A stretch of DNA of 64,000 nt from Mobula hypostoma (taxonomy: Eukaryota), in contig NC_086107.1 in the NCBI RefSeq assembly GCF_963921235.1, positions 116,872,001 to 116,936,000 on the forward strand, given 5' to 3'. The notes under the pieces are model-generated. The model saw nothing but the letters and a program-made list of their open reading frames with translations, was not told where the DNA came from and ran no database searches. Below, in pieces: positions 36,523 to 47,597 of this stretch; within the stretch, counting starts at the first letter, position 1, and the number at the start of each line of letters is the position of its first letter. Made by a program: the position numbers and the translations under genes.

Positions 36523-37864
36523 ACACACATCAAAGTTGCTGGTGAACGCAGCAGGCCAGGCAGCATCTCTAGGAAGAGGTACAGTCGACGTTTCAGGCCG
36601 AGACCCTTCGTCAGGACTAACTGAAAGAAGAGCTAGTAAGAGATTTGAAAGTGGGAGGAGGAGGGGGAGATCCAAAATGATAGGAGAAGACAGGAGGAGG
36701 AGGAATGGAGCCAAGAGCTGGACAGGTGATTGGCAAAGGGGATATGAGAGGATCATGGGACAGGAGGCCCGGGGAGAAAGACAAGGGAGGGGGGAACCAG
36801 AGGATGGGCAAGGGGTATAGTCAGAGGGACAGAGGGAGAAAAAGGAGAGAAAGAATGTGTGTATATAAATAAATAATGGATGGGGTACAAGGGGGAGGTG
36901 GAAGTTGGAAAAGTCGATGTTCATGCCATCAGGTTGGAGGCTACCCAGATGGAATATAAGGTGTTGTTCCTCCAACCTGAGTGTGGCTTCATTTTTACAG
37001 TCGAGGAGGCCGTGGATAGATATCTCAGAATGGGAATGGGATGTGGAATTAAAATGTGTGGCCACTGGGAGATCCTGCTTTCTCTGGCGGACAGAGCGTA
37101 GGTGTTCAGCAAAGCGGTCTCCCAGTCTGCATCGGGTCTCGCCAATATATAAAAGGCCACATCGGGAGCACCAGACGCAGTATATCACCCCAGCCAACTC
37201 ACAGGTGAAGTGTTGCCTCACCTGGAAGGACTGTCTGGGGCCCTGAATGGTGGTAAGGGAGGAAGTGTAAGGGCATGTGTAGCACTTGTTCCGCTTACAA
37301 GGATAAGTGCCAGGAGGGAGATCAGTGGGGAGGGATGGGGGAGATGAATGGACAAGGGAGTCGTGTAGGGAGCCTCTGGGTAGCCTCCAACCTGATGGCA
37401 TGAACATCGACTTTTCTAACTTCCGTTAATGCCCCACCTCCCCCTCGTACCCTATCCATTATTTATTTATATACACACATTCTTTCTCTATCTCTCTCTC
37501 TCCTTTTTCTCCCTCTGTCCCTCTGACTATACCCCTTGCCCATCCTCTGGTTCTCCCCCGCTTGTCTTTCTCCCCAGGCCTCCTGTCCCATGATCCTCTC
37601 ATATCCCTTTTGCCAATCACCTGTCCAGCTCTTGGTTCCATCCCTCCCACTCCTGTCTTCTCCTATCATTTTGGATCTCCCCCTCCCCCTCCCACTTTCA
37701 AATCTCTTACTAACTCTTCCTTCAGTTAGTCCTGATGAAGGGTCTTGGCCTGAAACGTCGACTGTACCTCTTCCTAGAGATGCTGCCTGGCCTGCTGCGT
37801 TCACCAGCAACTTTGATGTGTGTTGCTTGAATTTCCAGCATCTGCAGAATTCCTGTTGTTTGCG
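36523..37864. mobile_element. Penelope-like element, inverted tail-out structure with GIY-YIG endonuclease remnant
   Basis: Minus arm 36523-37373 encodes GVIYCVWCSRCGLLYIGET...RFAEH...LEEQHLIFHLGSLQPDGMN; plus arm 37374-37864; hammerheads at 36584-36617(-) and 37729-37762(+); TSD ATTTTAATAAGGA (36510-36522, 37865-37877). Confidence 0.92.
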
Positions 37865-38139
37865 ATTTTAATAAGGAGATCGGAAATGCAAATCAGTCTG
37901 CAGATTTCTGACTAAGGAGAAATACCTCCAGGCCATGCTGTTACTGGAATATTGTCAATGTAATGAGGACTCTGGAGCTTCTGCAAACAACACTGTAGCA
38001 TGTAAATTGGGAAGGCAGAAGGAGATAGAGTCCTAATGCGGTCAAATGGGATTGGTATAGGTCAGAATCAGGTTTAATATTGCTGACGAATGTTGTGGAA
38101 TTCGCTGTTTTGCAGCAGGGTACGATGAAAGACAATCAT

Positions 38140-38615
38140 GCTGAGATACATCCGAGGATGCACTGGGACATATCATCAGTGATGTAACCCGCGGTCATCA
38201 TGTGTTTATGGTCGTTCAACATTAAACACTCTCACCCAGGTGACCCAGCCAGGGTTGATCAGGCCCTGGCTTGAGTCCCAGTAGCATTGGTCCATGGGCT
38301 GCATCTCTTGATACATAACCATCTGGAGGCTCACTCAGTAGCCTTGGTGATGGTCCTGATGACTCTTCTTTGCATCCCCTGTAATGCTTAGGACAGAGTA
38401 GGTTCTACACATGAGCAGCCAGCAAAATATCCACCCCCGACCTCTATAGGCTCACATCATTCTCTCCACCTGACCCTGGCACTGCTCTACCAGCTCCTGG
38501 TATTTGGCTTTCTTACATTTAAACATCTCCTCAATCCGGTCTTCCCAACAAAATGTCAGTTCTATCATGACCACCTGCTTTGAGGTTTCTAACAGAATGA
38601 CCATGTCAGGCATCA
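38140..38615 (-). mobile_element. HERO/R2-group non-LTR retrotransposon 3' end (restriction-like endonuclease)
   Basis: PDMVILLETSKQVVMIELTFCWEDRIEEMFKCKKAKYQEL, followed by EPIEVG and ASRWLCIKR-like segments. Confidence 0.78.
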
Positions 38616-39258
38616 CAGATGACAATGCACAAAGCACAAAATATACCATAAATTACAATAAGAAATATATTTTAAAAATAAATAAATAGTGCAAAAAGAG
38701 AGCAAAAATTATGGTAGTGTACATGGGTTCATTGTCCATTCAGAAATCTGATGGTGGAGAGGTGGCTGCTGATCCTAAAACATTGAGTGTGTGTCTTCAG
38801 GCTCCTGTGCCTCCTCCCTGATGGCATGAAGATATCTTTGAAGTTGGTGAGGCTCGTGCTCCAACATTGTTGGTGGAGCTGGCTGAGTTCATTTTCTGCA
38901 GCTTTTTCTGTCCTGTGCAGTTGCCCCTCCAGAGAATCAGAACCAGATTTATTATTAGATTAAAAAACGTGCAAAAACAGAAATACTGTATATTAAAAAA
39001 AGTGAGGTAGTGTCCAAAGATTCAATGTCCATTTGGGAATTGGATGGCAGAGGGGAAGAAGCTGTTCCTGAATCGCTGAGTGTGTGCCTTCAGGCTTCTG
39101 TATCTCCTACCTGAGGGTAACAGTGAGAAAAGGGCATGCCCTGGGTGCTGGAGGTTTTTAATTATGGACGCTGCCTTTCTGAGACACCGCTCCCTAAAGA
39201 TGTCCGGGGTACTTTGTAGGCTAGTACCCAAGATGGAGCTGACTAGATTTACAACCTT

Positions 39259-39357
39259 AGTCCTGACGAAGGGTCTGAGCCTGAAACGTCGACTGTGCCT
39301 CTTCCTAGAGATGCTGCCTGGCCTGCTGCATTCACCAGCGACTTTGATGTGTGTTGT
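39259..39357 (+). mobile_element. 99-bp Penelope-derived insertion starting at the hammerhead (39260-39293)
   Basis: TSD TTTACAACCTT (39248-39258, 39358-39368). Confidence 0.85.
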
Positions 39358-39426
39358 TTTACAACCTTCTGCAGCTTCTTTCGGTCCTGTGCAGTAGCCT
39401 CTCCATACCAGACAGTGATGCAGCCT

Positions 39427-40075
39427 CACACACAAAATGCTGGTGGTACGCAGCAGGCCAGGCAGCATCTATAGGAAGAAGTACAGTAGGAACCTCTACT
39501 GTAAAGATGAAGCTACACTCAGGTTATAGGAACAACACCTTATATTCCGTCTGGGTAGCCTTCAACCTGATGGCATGAACATTAATTACTCTAACTTCCG
39601 TTAATGTCCCTCCTCCCCTTCTTACCCCATCCCTTATCTATCTATCTATCTATTTATTTATTATTTTTCCCTTTTTTTTCTTCTCTCTTTTTTCTCTCTC
39701 TGTCCCTCTCACAATAACTCCTTGCCTGTTCTCCATCTTCCTCTGGTGCTCCCCTCCCCCTTTCTTTCTTCCCAGGCCTCCCGTCCCATGATCCTCTCCT
39801 TTCTCCAGCTCTGTATCCCTTTTGCCAATCAACTTTCTAGCTCTTAGCTTCATCCCTCCCCCTCCCGCCTTCTCCTATTATTTCGGATCTCCCCCTCCCC
39901 CTCCCACTTTCAAATCTCTTACTAACTCTTCCTTCAGTTAGTCCTGATGAAGGGTCTCGGCCTGAAACGTCAACTGTACTTCTTCCTATAGATGCTGCCT
40001 GGCCTGCTGCATTCACCAGCATTTTGTGTGTGTTGCTTGAATTTCCAGCATTTGCAGATTTCCTCGTGTTTGCGT
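39427..40075 (+). mobile_element. Penelope-like insertion with a short inverted 5' segment; hammerhead at 39941-39974
   Basis: TSD AGTGATGCAGCCT (39414-39426, 40076-40088); 39427-39486 is the reverse complement of the distal end. Confidence 0.88.
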
Positions 40076-41149
40076 AGTGATGCAGCCTGTCAGAATGCTC
40101 TCCACAATACAACTATAGAAGTTTTTGAGTATATTTGTTGACATGCCAAATCTCTTCAAACTCCTAATGAAGTATAGCTGCTGTCTTGCCTTCTTTATAA
40201 CTACATCAATATGTTGGGACCAGGTTAGATCCTCAGAGATCTTGTCACCCAGGAACTTGAAACTGCTCACTCTCTCCACTTCTGATCCCTTTATGAGGAT
40301 TGGTATGTGTTCCTTTGTCTTACCCTTCCTTCCATCTTACTGACGTTGAGTGCCAGATTGTTGCTGCGGCACCACTCCACTAGTTGGCATATCTCGCTCC
40401 TGTATGTCCTGTTGTCACCACCTGAGATTCTACCAACAATGGTTGTATCATCAGCAAATTTATAGATAGTATTTGAGCTATGCCTAGCCACACAGTCATG
40501 TGTATATATAGAATAGAGCAGTGGGCTAAGCACACACCCCTCAGATGTGCCAGAGTTGATAGTCAGTGAGGGGAATATGTTATCACCAATGTGCACAGAT
40601 TGTGGTCTTCTGGTTAGGAAGTCGAGGATCCAATTGCAGAGGGAGGTACAGAGACCCAGGTTCTGCAACTTCTCAATCAGGATTGTGGGAATGATGGTAT
40701 TAAATCGAAGCGCAGAATCAAATATTGCTGTGATGATTGTACACTCTCGTATCAATCGTTTGGCAACAATAAAGTAAAGTAAAGTAAATGCTGAGCTATA
40801 GTTCATGAACAGCATCCTGACGTAGGTATTTGTGTTGTCCGGGTGGTCTAAAGCTGTGAAGAGAGCCACTGAGATGGCATCTGCCGTTGACCTATTGTGG
40901 CATTAGGAAAATTGCAATGGGTCCAGGTCCCTGCTGAGGCAGGAGTTCAGTCTAGTCATGACCAACCTCTCAAAGCATTTCATCACTGTCGATGTGAGTG
41001 CTACCGGGTGATAGTCATTAAGGCAGCCCACATTATTCTTCTTAGGCACTGGTATAATCCATACCTGATTCCAATGCAGCCAGTTAGAATACTCTTCATG
41101 GTACATATGTAGAAACTTGCAAGAGTCGTTGCTGTATTACCAAGTCTCC

Positions 41150-43420
41150 ATAAGACAATAAGCTAATAAGCTAATAGCAGAATCAGGCCATTTGGCCCAT
41201 CGAGTCTCCTCTCCCAATTCATCATGGCTGATACATTTTTCCTCTCAGCCACAATCTCCTGCCTTCCACCTGTATCCCTAAAGGTATGCCTTAAGAATCT
41301 ATCAATCTTTGCCTTAAATATACATAAAAATTTGGCATCCAGAGCTGCCTATGGAAAGAATTCCACAGATTTATCACTCTCTGGCTGAAGAAATGCCTCC
41401 TCATCGTTCTAAAAGGACGTCCCTCTAGTCTGAGGCAGTGTCCTCTGGTCTTAGACTTCCCTACCAGAGGAAACTTCCTCTCCACATCCACTCTACTTTC
41501 ATCATCTGATTGGTTTCAATTAGCTCACCCTTTATTCTTCTGAATTACAGTGAATACAGGTACAGAGCTATTGAATGCTCTTCATATGACAAGCTGCCTT
41601 CTCAAACTTTTGATAAAATATAACAACTGTCGTGCCTTCTTCATTAGACCCAGGATAGATCCTCAGTGATGTTGCCCAGCTAACATCAGAATGGGCGGAA
41701 GGGTAAGCAGAAGAGCTTGTTTCTGTGCTGTACAGCTCTTTCCTATGAGCCTATCAGTGAGGGGTTTAGGATAAGTGGTCAACCATCTACAGAAAGATGG
41801 GAAGGAATTTCCTCATGCAGGCTAGTAGTACAACTCATTATTGCTACCAGCGGGGAGGAGGTACAGGAGCCTGAAGACATACAGTAATGTTTTAGGAACA
41901 ATTTATTCTCTTGCTCCATCAGATTTCTGAATTGTCCATGTACCCATGAACACAATCTCACTAGTTTTGCTCTCATTTTGTATTATTTAATATTCCTTCT
42001 TGTAATATATAGCATATTTTATGTACAGGTATTGTACTGTATCACTGTCACAAAACAACAAGTTTCACAGCATGTGTCAGTGATAATACACCGCATTTCT
42101 GATTCTGAAACAGAGATCAATTATTTTTGAGTTCAGGGAACTCATGTGGTGAAAGTGCAGGAACTGGAGTTTTGATGGCAGATCAGAGATGATTTTGATA
42201 AATGATGAAGTTTAAAGTTCAAAATAAATGTATTAACAAAGTATATTAACAAAAAATCTGAGATACGAAGGGACTTGGGAGTCCATGTTCAGAACACCCT
42301 AAAGGTTAACCCGCAGGTTGAGTCGGTGGTGAGGAAGGCAAATGTAATGTTAGCATTCATTTCAAGAGGTCTAGAATACAAGAGCAGGGATGTGATGCTG
42401 AGGCTTTATAAAGCACTGGTGAGGCCTCACCTTGAGCACCTGCTCCTCATCTTAGAAGAGATGTGCTGGCATTGGAAAGGGCCCAGAGGAGGTCCACAAC
42501 GATGATTCCAGGAATGAAAAGTTATCATATGAGGAACATTTGATAGCTCTGGGTCTGTACTCGCTGGAATTTAGAAGAATGAGGGGAGATATCATTGAAA
42601 CCTTTTGAATGTTGAAAGGCCTAACAAAGTAGATGTGGACTCGTGGAATGTGTTGCCATGTGCAGCTGTGGAGGCCAGGTCGTTGGGTGTATTTAAGGCA
42701 GAGGTTGATAGGTTCTTGATTGGACATGGCATCAAAGGTTATGGGGAGACGGCTGGGAAATGGGGTTGAGGAAGAGAAAAAAAATCAGCAATGAATGGTG
42801 GAGCAGACTCAATGGGCCAAGTGGCCTAAGTCTTATATATACTTATGGGCATTCACAGTAGAACAAAGAATCACAGTAGAATCGATGAAAAACTATACAC
42901 TAAGACTGATAACTGATGTTCAAAAGAAGAAAAACTGTGTAAATACAAGAAAATCAAAATCAGGTTTAATATCACTGGCATATGTTAAAGTAGTTATTTT
43001 GCATTTGATGGCTCTGGGCCTGTACTAGAGTTTAAAAGAATTGAGGAAGGATCTCATTGAAACCTATCGAACGTTGAAAAGCCTTGATAGAATGGATGTG
43101 GAGAGTTTGCTTCCTATGGTGAGGGAGTCCAGAAAAAGACACAGTCTCAGAATAGAAGGACGTCCATTTAGAATGGAGATGAGGAGGAATTTCTTTAGCC
43201 AGAGAGTGGCGAATCTGTGCAATTTGTTGCCACAGTGGAGGCTGTCGTTGGGTATATTTAAGCCAGAAGTTGATAGATTCTTGATTATTCAGGGCATCAA
43301 GGGTTATGGGGAGAAAGCAGGAGATTGGGGCTGAGGGGGAAATAGATCAGCCACAATGAAATGGCAGAGCAGACTCGATGGGCCAAATGGCCTAAATCTG
43401 CTCCTATATCTTATAGCCTT
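41150..43420. mobile_element. Cluster of short CR1 3' fragments (41150-41600 -, 42255-42840 +, 43000-43420 +) and Rex1-like tails
   Basis: GKSKTRGH, LYKALVRPHLE, FFSQRVANL peptides. Confidence 0.75.
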
Positions 43421-44496
43421 ATCCTCAACCCCTCTACGGCCTCTCCAATATAATCACATCTCCAATTCTCTTCACCCTCTACAGTGTGACAATTTCTTAT
43501 TTTCATTTGCAGGCAATGGGACCATAACTCTCCCGTTATGGTTTTACCCCCCTATCGTTCGTACCAAAGTGAAAACTAACACAGTACCTTAATGGCCTGC
43601 CTGCTTCTCAGTTGAAGACTAATATGGAAACCGTGCACCTATTGGTCGTAGAACATGTCCGTCTAGTTCCCCATTGCACCCTGTTAATCATAGACGGCAG
43701 TTACCAGAGGATGGAGGTGCCTCACCAAGACGTCAACTGTTTGCTCTTTCCCATCGATAGCGCTTAGCCTGCTGAATTCTAACAACATTTTGTGTGTATT
43801 ACTTTGATTTCCAGCATCTGCAGTTTTTCCTCTTGTTTGTTGTTTGACTGTCATCCACCTCAGCCATTGAGAGGGGGGAGCAGAGGCGGGTCTGGTCTGT
43901 GCATTCTTCTGGTGGATGAATGCATTATGTTCCACCCCTGTATTAGGAAGCATAAAGAATAAAATAAACAAGCTGGAATTACATACAAGTGTGTATAATA
44001 GCAATAAGTGAAATCTGGCTGACCTCAAAGAGTATAATATTAAAAGATATACAGTACTTTACTTAGGAAAGATTGGCAAGATCGTAAAGGTGGAAGAGTA
44101 GCCATACACAGAAGAGAGAATTTAAACATGAGGCTGCTTATGATAGGAGATGAATGGATACATAGTGAAGATATCTGAGTGAGAATTGAAAGCTACAAGG
44201 ACAAAGGAAAGACATTGAGTGTGCATGTGTTATCGATTCCCTAATGCTGATAGTGATTTTATTAAACAACTCTATCAGAATATTAATAAAGTAAGTTCTG
44301 AGGGTGATGTTATAGTTATGGGTGACTTTAATTTTCCAAATATTGAGTGGGAGAACCCAGTAACTCATGGATTACAGGAAAGTGAATTAATCAAGTTACT
44401 GAATTTTTGACCCAGTATATCAATGCACCAAAAAGAGGGGAGGTCTGTCTAGAATTGTTATTCTGTAACAAACAGAATAGAATTTTGAGTACGGAA

Positions 44497-44714
44497 GTTA
44501 TTGAGCCTGTAGGAACAGGTGATCATAACATTGTTATTGCCTGTAGGAACAGGTGATCATAACATTGTTATTGAGCCTGTAGGAACAGGTGATCATAACA
44601 TTGTTCTTGAGCCTGTAGGATCAGGTGATCATAACATTGTTATTGAGCCTGTAGGAACAGGTGATCATAACATTGTTATTGAGCCTGTAGGAACAGGTGA
44701 TCATGACATTGTTA
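44497..44714 (+). repeat. Six tandem copies of a 36-bp unit
   Basis: GTTATTGAGCCTGTAGGAACAGGTGATCATAACATT x6; second copy has a 2-bp deletion. Confidence 0.95.
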
Positions 44715-44739
44715 GTCTTGAAGTTTTTTGGGAGAGTAT

Positions 44740-45733
44740 AAGACCATAAAGCCAGAGATATAGAAGCAGAATTAGGCCATTCACCCCATCAAGTCTGCTC
44801 CGACATTCCATCATGGCTGATCCTGGATCCCACTCAACTCCACACACCTACCTTCTTGCCATATCCTTTGATGCCCTGACTGATCAGGAAACGATCAACT
44901 TCTGCCTTAAATATACGCACGGACTTGGCCTCTGTGGCAGAGCATTCCACAGGTTTATTACTCTCTGGCTAAAAAAATTCCTCCTTACTTCTGTTCGAAA
45001 GGGTCACCCCTCAATTTTGAGGCTGTGCCCACGAGTTCTGGATACTCCCACCATAGGAAACATCCTCTCCACATCCACCCTATCTAGTCCTTTCAATATT
45101 CAATAGGTTTGAATGAGATTGCTCAGCATTCTTCTTAATTCCAGTGAGAACAGGCTCAAAACTGCCAAGTGCTCCTCAAGTGTTAACCCCCTCATTCCTG
45201 GAATAATCCTCATGAATCCCCTCTGGACTCTCCAATGACAGTACACCCTATCTGAGATATGGGGCCTAAAACTGTTGACAACACTCCACGTGTGGCCTGA
45301 CTAGTGTCTTATAAAGACTCAGCATTATCACCCTACTTTTATATTCTATTCCTCTTGAAATAAATGCCAATATTGCATTTGCCTTCTTTACCACAGACTC
45401 AACCAATAAATTCTGGGAGTCTTGCATGAGGATTTCTAAGTTCCTCTGCACCTCTGATGTTTGAACCTTCTCCCCATTTAGGTAATAGTCCGCACTATTG
45501 TTCCTTTTATCAAAATACATTATCATACATTTCCCAACACAGCATTCCATCTGCCACCTTTTTGCCCATTCTTCCAATTTGTCCAACTCCTGTTGCAATC
45601 ACATTGCTTCCTTAGCATTACCTACACCTCTACTTATCTCTGTATCATCCACAAACATTGTCACAAAGCCATTAATTCCATTACCTAAATCATTTACTAA
45701 CAATGTTAAAAGCAGTTGTCCCAATACTGACTG
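44740..45733 (-). mobile_element. CR1 3' end
   Basis: ORF 45266-45598; reverse TCTTAT-type tail at ~44740. Confidence 0.85.
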
Positions 45734-47597
45734 AGAAGTTGGAGGATTGGGAAGCTTTTAAAATCCAACAAAAGGCACTAAAAAAGCTATAAGAAGGGGG
45801 AAAAAAATGAAATATGAGGACAGACTAGCCAGTATTGTAAAGCAGGATACCAAAAGTTTTTTCAGTTATATAAAGAGTAAAGGAGATGTGAGAGTTGATA
45901 TTGGACCACTGGAAAATGATGCTGGTGAGGTAGTAATGGGGGACAAAGAAATGGGATATGAACTTAACGTACACTTTGCAGCTGTCTTCACTATGGAAGA
46001 CACTAGCAGTGTGTCAGAGGTCCATGAGTGTCAGGCAGCAGGAGTGAGTGCCATTGCTATTACCAAGGAAAAAGTGCTAGGCAAACTGAAAGGTCTTAAG
46101 GTGGATAAGTCACCTGGACCAGATGGACTACATCCCAGATTCCTGAGAGAGGTTGCTAAAGAGATAACAGATGTATTAGTCATGATCTTTCAAGAATCAC
46201 TTAATTCTGGCATGGTCCCAGAGGACTGGAAGATTTCAAATGTCATTCCACTCTTTAAGAAGGGAGGAAGGCAAAAGAATGGAAATTATTGACCAGTTAG
46301 ACTAACCTCAGTGGTTGGGAAAGTGTTGGAGTCCATTAATAAGGATGAGGTTTTGGTATATTTGGAGACTAATGATAAAATAAGTCAAAGTCAGCATGGT
46401 TTCTGTAAAGGGAAGTCATGCCTGACAAATCTGTTAGAATTCTACGAGGAAGATACAAGCTGGGTGGACAAAGGAGAGGTAGTGGATGTTATTTACTTGG
46501 ATTTTCAGAAGGCGTTTTTTAAGGTGCCACACATGAGGCTGCTTAACAAGGTAAAATCCTATGGTGTTACAGGAAAGATACTGACATGGATAGCAGAATG
46601 GCTGACAGGCAGGAAGCAATGAGTGAGACCAAAAGGGGCCTTTTCTAGTTGGCAGCCAGTGACCAGTATCGGGAATGCTACTTTTCACATTGTTTGTAAG
46701 TTAATTGAATCCTGGGATTGATGGCTTTGTGGCAAAATTTGAGGATGATACAAAGATAGGAGGAGGGGTAGGTAGTGCTGAGAAAATTGGAAGAAAGGAC
46801 GTAGAAGATGCCAGAAGGAATACAGCGTTGGGAAATGTATGATGATACATTTTGGTAATAGGAACAATAGTGTGGACTATTATCTAAATGGAGACAAGGT
46901 TCAAACATTAGAGGAGCAGAGGGACTTATGAGCCCTCGAGCACGACTCCCAGAAAGTTAGTTTCTAGGTTGAGTCTGTGGTAAAGAAGGCAAATGCAATG
47001 TTGTCATTTATTTCAAGAGGAATAGAATATAAAAGCAAAGAGGTAATGCTGTGGCTTTATAAGACACAATCAGGCCTCACTTGGAGTATTGTCAACAGTT
47101 TTGGGCCCCATGTCTCAGAAAGGATATGTTATCATTGGGAAGAGTCCAGAGAAGGTTCATGAGGATGATTCTGGGAATAAAGGGAATAACATATAAGGAG
47201 TGTTTGGCAGTTTTGGGCCCGTATTCACTGGAATTTAGGATAACGCTTGGGGATCTCATTGGAACCTACTGAATGTTGAAAGGACTATAAAGTGTGGATG
47301 CGGAGAGGATGTTTCCTATGGTCGGGCTATCCAGAACTAGAGGGGACAGCCTCAAAATTGAGGGGTGACCTTGTAGAACAGAGGTAAGGAGGAATATTTT
47401 TAGCCAGAGAGTAATGAATCTGTGGAATGCTCTGCCACAGACTGCGGTGGAGGCCAAGTCAGTGGGTATGTTTAAGGCAGTAGTTGATCATTTCCTGATC
47501 AGTCAGAGCATCAAAGAATATGGCGATCAGCCATAATGGAATGGCGGAACAGACTCGATGGCCTAATTCTGTTCCTAAGTCTTATGGTCTTATGGTT
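45734..47597 (+). mobile_element. CR1 linker-RT-3' end
   Basis: ORFs 45807-46292 and 46311-46622; tail TCTTATGGTCTTATGG. Confidence 0.88.

Larger units (their letters stand above)
38933..41055 (-). mobile_element. Rex1/Babar-like LINE (RT to 3' end) with three nested insertions
   Basis: [65 protein letters not shown]. Confidence 0.87.

Noticed and set aside
38165..38215. Hammerhead in the HERO 3'UTR (CTGATGA on minus)
   Set aside because: The motif sits in a simple hairpin with no correctly placed GAAA or cleavage triplet.
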